A stretch of DNA of 32,000 bases from Cylindrospermopsis raciborskii Cr2010. GTDB taxonomy: Bacteria > Cyanobacteriota > Cyanobacteriia > Cyanobacteriales > Nostocaceae. The stretch lies in contig NZ_CP065936.1 of the NCBI RefSeq assembly GCF_003367075.2, positions 1,740,001-1,772,000 on the forward strand, given 5' to 3'. Below, piece after piece: positions 1 through 8,774 of the stretch (position 1 is its first letter; each line of letters starts with the position of its first letter). The position numbers and the translations under genes were made by a program. Under the pieces are notes generated by a model that did not search any database, was not told the origin of the DNA, and saw only the letters and a list, made by a program, of their open reading frames with translations.

Positions 1-82
1 CTATAGTTAAGAAATAATGCTAGGTCCTCTCAAAATTGCCTATGGAGGTGTAATATCCAACTATTGCCAATTTGACTAAGAT

Positions 83-108
83 TTAGGTTAGGCTAATTGC
101 TAACCTAA
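83..108. other. Perfect 9-bp-stem hairpin (ttaggttag / ctaacctaa, 8-nt loop)
   Basis: Inverted repeat read directly at 83-91 and 100-108. No T-tract on either strand, so its role (terminator of an off-window gene or RNA stability element) is open. Confidence 0.3.
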
Positions 109-212
109 GCATTTATCCAAAACTTTTAGAGATAGAGTACAATAACAAGGGACAGGAAAATCTAAAGAAAATATAAAACATTCTCAAATGACCGTGGTGT
201 CTGGAGGAAAAA

Positions 213-554
213 ATGTTTCTGAGACTAGCATACGAACATAGACAATTTGTGCAAGAGTTGGTAATGAACTTACAAGCTCTGGCCATGGTTCTAGAACGCA
301 AGGGTTACCCAGCTTCTTGCTACACCTGTGGGGATCAAATGAACAGTGCTTCATTTATGGTGGGTTTGGGGAATAATCACCTCATCCGCTTTCTGGTGTC
401 TGACTATGGGATTACCTGGACCGAAATGAGGGATGACCGGGAATTGATGAAGTTAGAAGGAGCGGAAGCAATCCAACAATTACAAGAACTAGCTAATCTG
501 GTTAAACAGTCTATAGAACCTTGTACAAATCAGAAAGCTCTAATTAGGAAGTAA
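213..554 (+). CDS. Hypothetical protein (113 aa; an internal ATG at 264 is an alternative start)
   Basis: Open frame in non-repetitive sequence, same strand as the next gene with an 18-nt spacer. I recognise no family motif. Confidence 0.45.
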   Translation: MFLRLAYEHRQFVQELVMNLQALAMVLERKGYPASCYTCGDQMNSASFMVGLGNNHLIRFLVSDYGITWTEMRDDRELMKLEGAEAIQQLQELANLVKQSIEPCTNQKALIRK

Positions 555-572
555 GGAAGTTATTTTGTATAG

Positions 573-1070
573 ATGAGCAACACAACATCAGGTCAAGGAA
601 CTTTACCACCAGCAAGTGCAATTGACAAGTTAACAAAGAATGAAGTTGATACCTGGTTTGACTATCCCATCAGAGTACAACCTCATCATACGGATTATGC
701 AGGATTAGTTTGGCATGGTACATACTTAACTTGGATGGAGGAGGCACGAGTAGAGTGTTTACGCTCCTTTGGTGTTGATTATGCTGATTTGGTAGCCTTG
801 GGGTGTGATCTACCAGTTGTAGAACTGTCTATACGCTATCATATATCACTACAATTAGGGAATATGGCTTTGGTCAAAACCCGCATGTTAGAAGTTACAG
901 GTGTGCGAATCAACTGGGACTATAAAATTGTCTCCCTTGATAATCAGGAATTATGTGTAACTGCTCAAGTAAGTTTAGTAGCATTAGATAGGGAAAGGGG
1001 TAAAATTATGCGTCAGTTACCCGCCACATTCCAGGAGGTGATCGCTAAAATTGCGGCATCTTATAAGTAG
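573..1070 (+). CDS. Acyl-CoA thioesterase, 4HBT/YbgC hotdog-fold family (possibly the phylloquinone-pathway DHNA-CoA thioesterase type)
   Basis: The motif 'VQPHHTDYAGLVWHGTYLTWMEEARVECLR' matches the 4HBT-type catalytic region (Asp in HxxD, then the hotdog helix). The size of 165 aa fits. The specific DHNA-CoA assignment is inference only. Confidence 0.75.
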   Translation: MSNTTSGQGTLPPASAIDKLTKNEVDTWFDYPIRVQPHHTDYAGLVWHGTYLTWMEEARVECLRSFGVDYADLVALGCDLPVVELSIRYHISLQLGNMALVKTRMLEVTGVRINWDYKIVSLDNQELCVTAQVSLVALDRERGKIMRQLPATFQEVIAKIAASYK

Positions 1071-1099
1071 TTATAAGTTTAAGAAAGTCAAGACACTTG

Positions 1100-1129
1100 C
1101 CTACACCATTTCGCTAAAACTGGTGTAGG
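1100..1129. terminator. Hairpin between convergent genes (cctacacca / tggtgtagg, 12-nt loop)
   Basis: Perfect 9-bp inverted repeat lying between the thioesterase stop (1070) and the dxr stop (1153). There is no clear U-tract, so it may be a stability or bidirectional termination element. Confidence 0.4.
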
Positions 1130-1152
1130 TATATGAGACAGAAATGTTACAG

Positions 1153-2343
1153 TTAGCGGACAGAAATAAATTGTGGTTGTATACTAAAATTTTCAGTGGC
1201 TTTAATTACTTCTTGTCTAGCCCACCTATCTGCTACCAGGATATCCTCTAAAGAAGGATGAGACTGGTTCTGATGGCGATCGCACACCAATTCAATACAG
1301 CGAGCAATATCCAAATAGCCAATTTTTTCTTCTAAAAATAGTGCTACAGCTTGTTCATTAGCTGCATTTAAAACAGCGGGCATAGATCCACCTGCTCTAC
1401 CAGCGGAATAAGCTAAACCCATACAAGGGTATTTGTGATGGTCTGGTTCGCGAAAAGTCAAAGTTCCGCATTTGACTAAATCCAGCCTTTGCCAATTGGT
1501 GTAAATTCTTTCTGGCCAAGACAAAGCATAAAGTAAAGGTAGGCGCATATCTGGCCAACCCAACTGAGCTAAAACAGAGGTATCTTGTAACTCAATTAAA
1601 GAATGAATAATACTTTGGGGATGAATAACAATTTCGATGTCATTGTAGTTCATACCAAATAAATAATGGGCCTCAATAACTTCCAACCCCTTATTCATCA
1701 AAGTTGCTGAATCCACAGTAATTTTTTTACCCATAGACCAGTTAGGATGTTTAAGAGCGTCTGCAACTTTAACTGTAGGTAATTGTTCCACTGGCCAATC
1801 TCTAAAAGCTCCCCCGGAAGCGGTCAACAAAATCTTTTTTAAACCAGCTGGGGGTACACCTTGTAAGCATTGAAAAATAGCGGAATGTTCCGAATCAGCA
1901 GGTAATAACTTGACCCCGTGTTTTTGTACTAGGGGTAAAACCACTGGGCCACCAGCAATTAAAGTTTCTTTATTTGCTAGAGCAATATCCTTACCCGCTT
2001 CAATAGCAGCGATAGTGGGGAGTAAACCCGCACAACCGACGATTCCAGTAACTACCGTTTGGGAGTCACCATAACGAGCGACTTCCACCACACCTGCTTC
2101 CCCGGATAGTAAAATAGGTTGGGGGTAGATATCTTTGATAGCTTCCTCCAGCTCCTGTAACTTATCAGCACAGGAGATAGCAGCTATTTGGGGACGAAAC
2201 TGGCGGATTTGCGCTGCAAATAACTCTACATTACGTCCAGCAGCAAGACCAACTATGCGAAACTTGTCTGGATGCTCAGAAACGATATCTAAGGTCTGAG
2301 TACCAATAGAACCAGTAGAACCTAGAAGAGTTATAGCTTTCAC
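1153..2343 (-). CDS. dxr: 1-deoxy-D-xylulose-5-phosphate reductoisomerase
   Basis: Full-length Dxr signature: '[18 protein letters not shown]' NADPH-binding N-terminus, 'LANKE', '[10 protein letters not shown]' and '[10 protein letters not shown]'. I place the start at GTG 2343 ([14 protein letters not shown]). The longest ORF runs to another GTG at 2400 and adds 19 residues that look non-conserved. Confidence 0.93.
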   Translation of the reverse strand: MKAITLLGSTGSIGTQTLDIVSEHPDKFRIVGLAAGRNVELFAAQIRQFRPQIAAISCADKLQELEEAIKDIYPQPILLSGEAGVVEVARYGDSQTVVTGIVGCAGLLPTIAAIEAGKDIALANKETLIAGGPVVLPLVQKHGVKLLPADSEHSAIFQCLQGVPPAGLKKILLTASGGAFRDWPVEQLPTVKVADALKHPNWSMGKKITVDSATLMNKGLEVIEAHYLFGMNYNDIEIVIHPQSIIHSLIELQDTSVLAQLGWPDMRLPLLYALSWPERIYTNWQRLDLVKCGTLTFREPDHHKYPCMGLAYSAGRAGGSMPAVLNAANEQAVALFLEEKIGYLDIARCIELVCDRHQNQSHPSLEDILVADRWARQEVIKATENFSIQPQFISVR

Positions 2344-2783
2344 AATGATTGAACAATTTACGGATACTCCTAATTTTAAGCTTCTCCGGTCTAAAGACAC
2401 GGAGATTTCTGAAGAGTCTATAAACGAACTTTCTGAGGCTGGCTTAAACAGCCTCTACTGATTCTGCTAAAATTAATTCTTAGCATTACCGCTACTTTAA
2501 GTTGATTTCGAAAGTATAGCCTCAGATAAGACTTACTTGTCAATAGCAGCCACAAAATAACATAAAGACAACACTGGAATATTGAAGATCCGCATCACGG
2601 TTAAATATCAAGGCGAATAAATTCGCCGTTGGCACTTCCTGTCTAAAGCCAATTCTATAACTGTAGCCACCTGCAAGGATTATAACGCCCATCCAGGAGC
2701 CATATTTTATTAAAAGCAATAAATTCTTTAGTATTTGGTAATATCTAATATGTTTTGTTTATGTTTAATTCTCTTGTTTATAT

Positions 2784-4127
2784 ATGACCAAGGGTCAATT
2801 TGCCGGTTACAAACCAATTAATCACAAGCTGTTTAGTTACAACTTCATTAGTAATTATCTTGGTAGGGATAACATATATTTCCCTGTAGTTGTATGGCTA
2901 TTGAGTCGGCTCATGATTTGGGCAGGAATGTTGCTAATTGCACCTAGCATATCAATAACGGATAACAGCGTTTTTGAGCATGGTACATGGAGTATTTTTG
3001 ACGCTTGGGACAGTGTGCATTATCGGGCGATCGCCACTAGTGGTTACGAGTTTTACCCTGATGGTCAACAATATAATCTAGCTTTTTTTCCTATGTTTCC
3101 CCTAACCATTTGGGTTTTAATGAAACTCGGGTTACCTTTTGAAATAGCTGGTTTATTAATCAACAATTTGTCTTTTTTAGGAGCGGTTTACCTATTATAT
3201 TTTTGGGTTAAAAAACATTGTAGTTTAAGGATAGCGCAATGGACAATTATAGTCATTTGTTGTTGTCCCATGTCCATGTTTACGGGGGTAATTTACACAG
3301 AAGGATTATATTTATTATTCAGCATTGGTTGTTTAAGAGCTTTTGATGAAGAAAAATATAGCTTAACTGCCTTTTGGGGAGCTATGGCAACTGCTACACG
3401 TCCTACGGGAATGGCTTTAATTCCTGCTTTATTGCTGACTGCTTGGAGACAAAGGCGGGGTAAAATAGCCTATTTTACCAGTTTGTTAACTGCTACTGGG
3501 TTAATATTATTTAGCATATATTGTGCGATTAATTTTCATGATCCCTTAGCCTTTATTGCTGCTCAAAAAGGATGGCGACCATCTCTTGGTTTTGATTGGC
3601 AAGGTTGGTTAAATATGTTGATGCAAATTATTTTGGGGAGAAATTGGAATTTTGGGTGGGTATGGAACGATGATGGAGGAATTAGGGATCCTTGGTATCC
3701 CGTATTTTTTGGTTTTATGGTTTATGGCACAGTCACTTTGTGGTTGCGGCAAAAATATTGGCATCCCTTCATGATATATTTGGTTTATACCACATTAGCA
3801 GTGTTATTGATTTTAGTGGATCAGAGGGTGATCAACAATTTGCTCAATGTTTTAATGGTGGTAGGTGGTAGTTATTTAGTGTGGCATTTTCGTCGCAAAC
3901 TCACACCTGTCATGGTCATTTATAGTTTGTGTGGAGTCGGTTTATTATTAGCTTCTGGAGGAACCATCTCTTTAAGTCGTCTAGCTTATGGTATTGTTCC
4001 TTTAAGCATTGCTATTGGTGCTTGGTTGTCCCGATTTCCCCGTCAAGCTTATCTATCTGTCGGTTTATTTGTGGTTTTACTCTTTAGGTTAGCTATAGGA
4101 TTCGCTCAACATCATTGGGTGGGTTAA
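2784..4127 (+). CDS. Polytopic membrane glycosyltransferase, PIG-V / Mannosyl_trans2-like (GT-C fold candidate)
   Basis: 447 aa and highly hydrophobic. The first-loop motif 'FDAWDSVHYRAIATSGYEF...YNLAFFPMFPL' matches the W-D-x-x-x-Y-x-x-I-A-x-x-G-Y ... AFFP(L/M)(Y/F)P pattern of PIG-V-like mannosyltransferases. It is a paralogue of the 5744-7006 gene. Confidence 0.7.
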   Translation: MTKGQFAGYKPINHKLFSYNFISNYLGRDNIYFPVVVWLLSRLMIWAGMLLIAPSISITDNSVFEHGTWSIFDAWDSVHYRAIATSGYEFYPDGQQYNLAFFPMFPLTIWVLMKLGLPFEIAGLLINNLSFLGAVYLLYFWVKKHCSLRIAQWTIIVICCCPMSMFTGVIYTEGLYLLFSIGCLRAFDEEKYSLTAFWGAMATATRPTGMALIPALLLTAWRQRRGKIAYFTSLLTATGLILFSIYCAINFHDPLAFIAAQKGWRPSLGFDWQGWLNMLMQIILGRNWNFGWVWNDDGGIRDPWYPVFFGFMVYGTVTLWLRQKYWHPFMIYLVYTTLAVLLILVDQRVINNLLNVLMVVGGSYLVWHFRRKLTPVMVIYSLCGVGLLLASGGTISLSRLAYGIVPLSIAIGAWLSRFPRQAYLSVGLFVVLLFRLAIGFAQHHWVG

Positions 4128-4181
4128 AGTATGGAAGCTTATTGAAGTTTAATTATTGATTCGAGTGAGTATAAATCAAAC

Positions 4182-5735
4182 ATGAATTTTTTTTGGAATC
4201 TGCTGACTCAGAATAATACTGTATTTGCCAAAATTCTAACAGGGTTATTTTTTATAGTTGGACTACCTGCTATACTTCATCATGCTATGTGGCGTGATGA
4301 ACTGAATGTTTGGTTGATTGTTAGGGAAAGTCAGTCCTTATTGGAATTATTCCATCACATTCATTATGAGGGACATCCTTTTGTTTGGTATGTTTGTTTA
4401 GCGATTTTAAGACAATTTACAACTAATCCTGTAATCATGCAAGTATTTCACTTGTGTTTAGCCACATTGTCAGTCTATGTGTTTACCAGATATTCACCAT
4501 TTAGTTATTTTCAAAAATTGTTGTTTTGCTTGGGCTATATTCCTTTTTATGAATATTTACTAATCAGCAGAAATTATGCTATAGGACTATTACTAGTTTT
4601 TATATTTTGTAGTCTCTATTCTAGTCGTCAACAGAGTTACCTTAAATTGGCAGTGGTTTTATTTTTTATGGCTAATGTTAATGCTTATTGTTTATTATTG
4701 GCAATAGCATTTAGTCTAACGTTGGTAATAGAATATATTTGTAGGCAATTTTTACATCTAAATCTTGTGGCTAAAAAACATGATATAGTTGTAAGTAGTT
4801 TAATAATTTCCCTGGGTATTATTATCTCATTTCTACAGCTGATTCCGCCCCAAGATAGTAACTTGGCTGGAGGGTTATCCGGGTTTGTATTAAACTTTGA
4901 CTTTAACCATTTAACTAAGACTTTAGTTAGATTATGGAATAGTTATATTATTGTTGTTTTAGCTAATGAATCTGAACAATTCAGTCTCATTCTACTTTCT
5001 GTTTTGTCCATAATATTTTTTCTGGTTTTCAGCATTTCTTTCATAGTCAGACCAATTATTTTATTTCTTTACATAGTGGGAACAATGGAGATACTTGTAT
5101 TTACTTATGTTAAATTTTTAGGTAGCCCACGTCATTATGGACATTTATATATTTTGTTAATTGTCTGTATCTGGCTTAGTAGTTATTATCATTCATTATT
5201 TTCCTTATCAAGCGTAACTGTTTTACCAAAAACAGTAGTTCAAGCAGCAAAACTGAAAAAGTCATATTATAATATAGCAATTATGGTAATTTTATATTGC
5301 CAAATGGTAGGGGGAGTATTTGCTTTTAGTCGAGATATTATTATTCCTTTCTCATCTAGTAAGGAAGCATCTGCTTATATCAAAGACCAATATCAAGATA
5401 AATTAAATGACTTGTTTATTGTTGGTAGTAGAGATTATGCCATATCCCCAATTTCTGCATATATTAATCGTCAGATTTATTACCCGGAAATCTCAAAAAT
5501 GGGCAGTTTTGTTTTATTCACCACTAAGAGGAAGGAGATTAATCATATAGAAGTTCTAAGCCAAGTAAATCAAATATGCCAAAAAGAATTAAATCCATTA
5601 CTTTTGATTTTAAATAGACCTTTGGAACTCAACCATGCTAAATTGAAGATTGATTTGATTGAGAAGTTTACTAAGGGGTTTATTTATGATGAGCGATATT
5701 ATTTGTACTCTGTTACAAAACGAACTGTTGAGTAA
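4182..5735 (+). CDS. Polytopic membrane protein with C-terminal soluble domain; divergent GT-C/PMT_2-like glycosyltransferase candidate
   Basis: 517 aa with roughly 12 hydrophobic segments and then about 130 soluble residues. 'MWRDELNVW' in the first loop and 'YEGHPFVWY' resemble the (W)xDE ... HPPLYY pattern of ArnT/PMT_2-type enzymes. The family assignment is tentative. Confidence 0.55.
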   Translation: MNFFWNLLTQNNTVFAKILTGLFFIVGLPAILHHAMWRDELNVWLIVRESQSLLELFHHIHYEGHPFVWYVCLAILRQFTTNPVIMQVFHLCLATLSVYVFTRYSPFSYFQKLLFCLGYIPFYEYLLISRNYAIGLLLVFIFCSLYSSRQQSYLKLAVVLFFMANVNAYCLLLAIAFSLTLVIEYICRQFLHLNLVAKKHDIVVSSLIISLGIIISFLQLIPPQDSNLAGGLSGFVLNFDFNHLTKTLVRLWNSYIIVVLANESEQFSLILLSVLSIIFFLVFSISFIVRPIILFLYIVGTMEILVFTYVKFLGSPRHYGHLYILLIVCIWLSSYYHSLFSLSSVTVLPKTVVQAAKLKKSYYNIAIMVILYCQMVGGVFAFSRDIIIPFSSSKEASAYIKDQYQDKLNDLFIVGSRDYAISPISAYINRQIYYPEISKMGSFVLFTTKRKEINHIEVLSQVNQICQKELNPLLLILNRPLELNHAKLKIDLIEKFTKGFIYDERYYLYSVTKRTVE

Positions 5736-5743
5736 GATTTTTA

Positions 5744-7006
5744 TTAAGCTACCCATAAACCTTGGGCAAATCTAATTGATGAAGTAATTAACATAATTAT
5801 AAACCACAATATAATGAAGTAGTTCAGTTTAACATGACGGGATAAAAATATTCCCCAACATATTGCCAAAGAAACACAACCATAAGCGAATCTGTTAATG
5901 GACATTGTTCTCCCGGTAGCAAAAATAATAAATAAACTAAATATTCCATAAAATAGGATAGTCGGGGAAATTATTTGACGATAATGCCATAATAAATAAG
6001 CACCACCAAAAACTAGTAAAGAATTGAAAAATTCATCACCCGACAAAAGCCATAAAACAATTATCCCAGCAATCATACCATAGCTGAATTTGTAATTACC
6101 TGTCCGCCTAACTTTCCACCAACAATAATAAATTAAACCCACACCAAGAGCAAATATAAGAGGATAGATAATATCAACCAACCTACCTGATTTATAATTT
6201 GCCCAACCGAAAAACATGGGTAAGAATATTTTTAACCACAAATAACCCAACTTTTCCTGTCCTTCTTGAGTCCATGCTTTTTGTACTAATAAAAATGCCA
6301 AAGGTTGATCAAACTTAATTTTTAAATACCCCATATAAAAGATTAAACCTAATCCAGTTAACAGGGCGGCGATATAAGCGGTTAATTTTCTTTTTTCTTG
6401 CCAACAAACAATTAAATATGTAGGAATTATAGCCAAAGAATTTAGTCTAGTTGCTGTTAATAACATTCCAAAAATAGACGACTTTAAAACATCTGGTTTC
6501 GTCCAGTAAGTTAGGGTCAAGGTGCTCAAGCATAAAAATAAACCTTCTGTATAGACCACACTACAATATAATGAAATCGGACAGAAAGATAAAAATGCTA
6601 TAGTCCATTTAGCTATATTTATGTCATGTTTTTTTGCTAAGTAGTGAAATAAAATAATTAGGGCAATTAGAAAAGCTGTATTACTAATTATAATTCCTGC
6701 TATCTTAGGTTCAAAACCTATAAGTTTACTGAAATATATCAGAGTGGGATATAAGGGGAAAAATGCCACATTATAACCTTTTTCATCATTAGCAAATTGG
6801 TAACCATGTTCAACTATATTCAAATAAAAGTTACAATCAAATCTAATAAAAACATCCCAGGAAAAAGTCGCCCTAATGTCTTTAACCGGTTGAGGTAGTA
6901 ATGGTGCTATTCCCAGCATTGATACCCAAATAATTATGCGACTTGATAACCACATAAAGAAGGGAAAATAGGACTTATTCGCTTTGTTGACTAAATACTT
7001 CATCAT
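5744..7006 (-). CDS. Polytopic membrane glycosyltransferase, PIG-V / Mannosyl_trans2-like (second paralogue)
   Basis: 420 aa. 'FDCNFYLNIVEHGYQF...YNVAFFPLYP' and the C-terminal 'RFAYG...RFAQGLWV' run parallel to 'RLAYG...GFAQHHWV' in the 2784-4127 product. Its ATG overlaps the stop of the upstream 535-aa gene (ATGA at 7003-7006), which suggests translational coupling. Confidence 0.7.
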   Translation of the reverse strand: MMKYLVNKANKSYFPFFMWLSSRIIIWVSMLGIAPLLPQPVKDIRATFSWDVFIRFDCNFYLNIVEHGYQFANDEKGYNVAFFPLYPTLIYFSKLIGFEPKIAGIIISNTAFLIALIILFHYLAKKHDINIAKWTIAFLSFCPISLYCSVVYTEGLFLCLSTLTLTYWTKPDVLKSSIFGMLLTATRLNSLAIIPTYLIVCWQEKRKLTAYIAALLTGLGLIFYMGYLKIKFDQPLAFLLVQKAWTQEGQEKLGYLWLKIFLPMFFGWANYKSGRLVDIIYPLIFALGVGLIYYCWWKVRRTGNYKFSYGMIAGIIVLWLLSGDEFFNSLLVFGGAYLLWHYRQIISPTILFYGIFSLFIIFATGRTMSINRFAYGCVSLAICWGIFLSRHVKLNYFIILWFIIMLITSSIRFAQGLWVA

Positions 7007-8610
7007 AGTTTATTGGTAGATGAACTTGGACTCGTTGGCGCAATTAATCTAAATCCTTGGGATTTTCCTAGGACTCGACTATTTTTTAAGTTGATTTTAC
7101 CTAAATCCTCTTCATTCACTAACAAAAAAGAGTGAGAAGAAAACTTATCTACTAAATCCCCAAGAGAGGTGGGGATAATCTGACAATCACTATAGAAATC
7201 CAAACTGGGACGACTATCAGGAAAAGAAGTATATATTTTTTGCCCCGCTGGAATATGTTGACGAATTAAACCTGCTACTGGTTGGACAGGGAATTTTTCA
7301 TTCAATTCCCACACCCAAGATTGGGAAATCATCAGCAGTGTTAAAACCAAATACATTCCCCCAAATAAAACCGGGATAAATTGACGACTGTGCTGAGAAA
7401 TAAACCACGATGTGATAACCATACTGATTGTCAACACCACGCTCATAAGAATCAATGGAACCTGGCGGTCAAATAAACTAAAATAAATACAACCCCCCAC
7501 ACCAGCAACTGATAAAAATATAAAAAATCCTATTAAAAATTTAATTGTTAATGGGGTTTTTAAAAACTTACCAAGACTATGTTCCTCCCAGGTATAACTT
7601 AAATTAACACCAACTGCCAAAGCCAAAAATGGATATATGGGCATGATATACCAAGGTAATTTGGTACTCATTAAAGAAACTATAGTAAAATAAATGACCG
7701 TACCAATAAATACTAAAGATCCCCAAGGAGTTTGACGGTTTTTCCAACTTAAATATAATCCTCCGGGGAAAAATAACAGCCAGGGAAAACCATATTTAAT
7801 TATCTCCAGTAAATAATACCAAACAGGGCCAGTATTACCCTCCACTGCTGTTCCTAGTCTATCAAAAGCCTGATCTTCAAAATGCACCTTGAGAAAGGTA
7901 TCACCATAATGTTGCCATTGGGCTATATACCAACCTAAAGCAGGAAAATTCCCTAAAAATATCCCTATCCAAAAGTATGGGTTTCTCAGTAGATCTAGTT
8001 GTTTATTAGCAATGACAAATGTCCCACTAATTAGCACAAATACCATTACCAACATACCCTTTGTCAGAGTAACTAACCCTAGACAAAATCCTATGCCAAT
8101 AGCATATCTTTTATTATCTCTTGCTTTTAAAACACAGAATAAAAGCATTAGAAAAAAGGAAATTGCCATTCCGTCTAACATTGCCAGTCTACCATGACGT
8201 ACCACTGGTAATAATGTTAAATAAACTAGGCTGGAAAATAAAGCTGGTGGGGTTTTTAAAAACACTAATCTCCCAATTAAGTAGATTAGGGGAACTCCTA
8301 AAGCAGTTAAAAACGCTGCGGGAAATCTGGTTGTAAATTCTCCCACTCCCCCTAGGTGATAACAGATGGCTATTAACCATTGCATTAAAGGGGGTTTGAG
8401 CAAAAAAGGAGACCTCTGTAAGGTGGGATAAAACCAGTTACCAGTACGGTAAATTTCTCTAGCAACTATACCGTATGTTCCCTCATCCCAGTCTCTTAAT
8501 GGTAGGTTCCCTAAACCTACTAGCCATAAGGTCAGTGAGAGGAATAATAATCCTAGCACTATCCATTTGTCACCCATTTCTATTTGAGATTGTCTTGGAA
8601 ATTTTAACAT
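7003..8610 (-). CDS. ArnT/PMT_2-like (GT39/GT83-type) lipid-carrier-dependent glycosyltransferase
   Basis: 535 aa. 'LPLRDWDEGTYGIVAREI' is the first-periplasmic-loop D-E motif. It has about 12 TM segments and a C-terminal soluble region. An internal ATG (MGDKW, 11 codons downstream) is a possible alternative start. Confidence 0.75.
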   Translation of the reverse strand: MLKFPRQSQIEMGDKWIVLGLLFLSLTLWLVGLGNLPLRDWDEGTYGIVAREIYRTGNWFYPTLQRSPFLLKPPLMQWLIAICYHLGGVGEFTTRFPAAFLTALGVPLIYLIGRLVFLKTPPALFSSLVYLTLLPVVRHGRLAMLDGMAISFFLMLLFCVLKARDNKRYAIGIGFCLGLVTLTKGMLVMVFVLISGTFVIANKQLDLLRNPYFWIGIFLGNFPALGWYIAQWQHYGDTFLKVHFEDQAFDRLGTAVEGNTGPVWYYLLEIIKYGFPWLLFFPGGLYLSWKNRQTPWGSLVFIGTVIYFTIVSLMSTKLPWYIMPIYPFLALAVGVNLSYTWEEHSLGKFLKTPLTIKFLIGFFIFLSVAGVGGCIYFSLFDRQVPLILMSVVLTISMVITSWFISQHSRQFIPVLFGGMYLVLTLLMISQSWVWELNEKFPVQPVAGLIRQHIPAGQKIYTSFPDSRPSLDFYSDCQIIPTSLGDLVDKFSSHSFLLVNEEDLGKINLKNSRVLGKSQGFRLIAPTSPSSSTNKL

Positions 8611-8699
8611 TTGATTTAAGTAGATTATTCCATTAGATATATTTGATGGTTGAAATTAGAAATTTCCGTTTCATTAGTTACTTCCCAGTCAATAAATCA
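8575..8699. repeat. Copy A of a duplicated intergenic/gene-end segment (matches 10540-10633 joined directly to 13156-13187)
   Basis: Aligned by eye. 8575-8667 vs 10540-10633 shows 7 substitutions plus 1 indel over about 93 bp. 8668-8699 vs 13156-13187 shows 1 mismatch in 32 bp. On the minus strand, copy A contains 'atgaaacg' joined to 'gaaatttctaa', which are the first 8 nt and last 11 nt of the 846-aa gene. The remaining ORF (8674 down to 8633) is 13 codons. Confidence 0.85.
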
Positions 8700-8774
8700 T
8701 TATAGCAGTTGAAGCAAGAGATTCAGGATAGGATACAACTACACCGTGCTGACTGAACTGGGAAAGGAATTAGA

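Noticed and set aside
113-301. 62-aa minus-strand ORF
   Set aside because: It overlaps the start of the better plus-strand ORF. It is rich in Cys, Ser, Arg and Phe like a random frame of AT-rich DNA, and I recognise no motif.
2344-2400. 19-codon N-terminal extension of dxr (longest ORF starts at GTG 2400)
   Set aside because: Dxr proteins begin right at the (M/V)[12 protein letters not shown] nucleotide-binding motif. The extension has no counterpart that I recognise.
8012-8380. Three 61-71-aa ORFs inside and antisense to the 535-aa GT-C gene
   Set aside because: They are nested in a long, motif-bearing membrane-protein ORF. Their low-complexity composition is typical of shadow frames.
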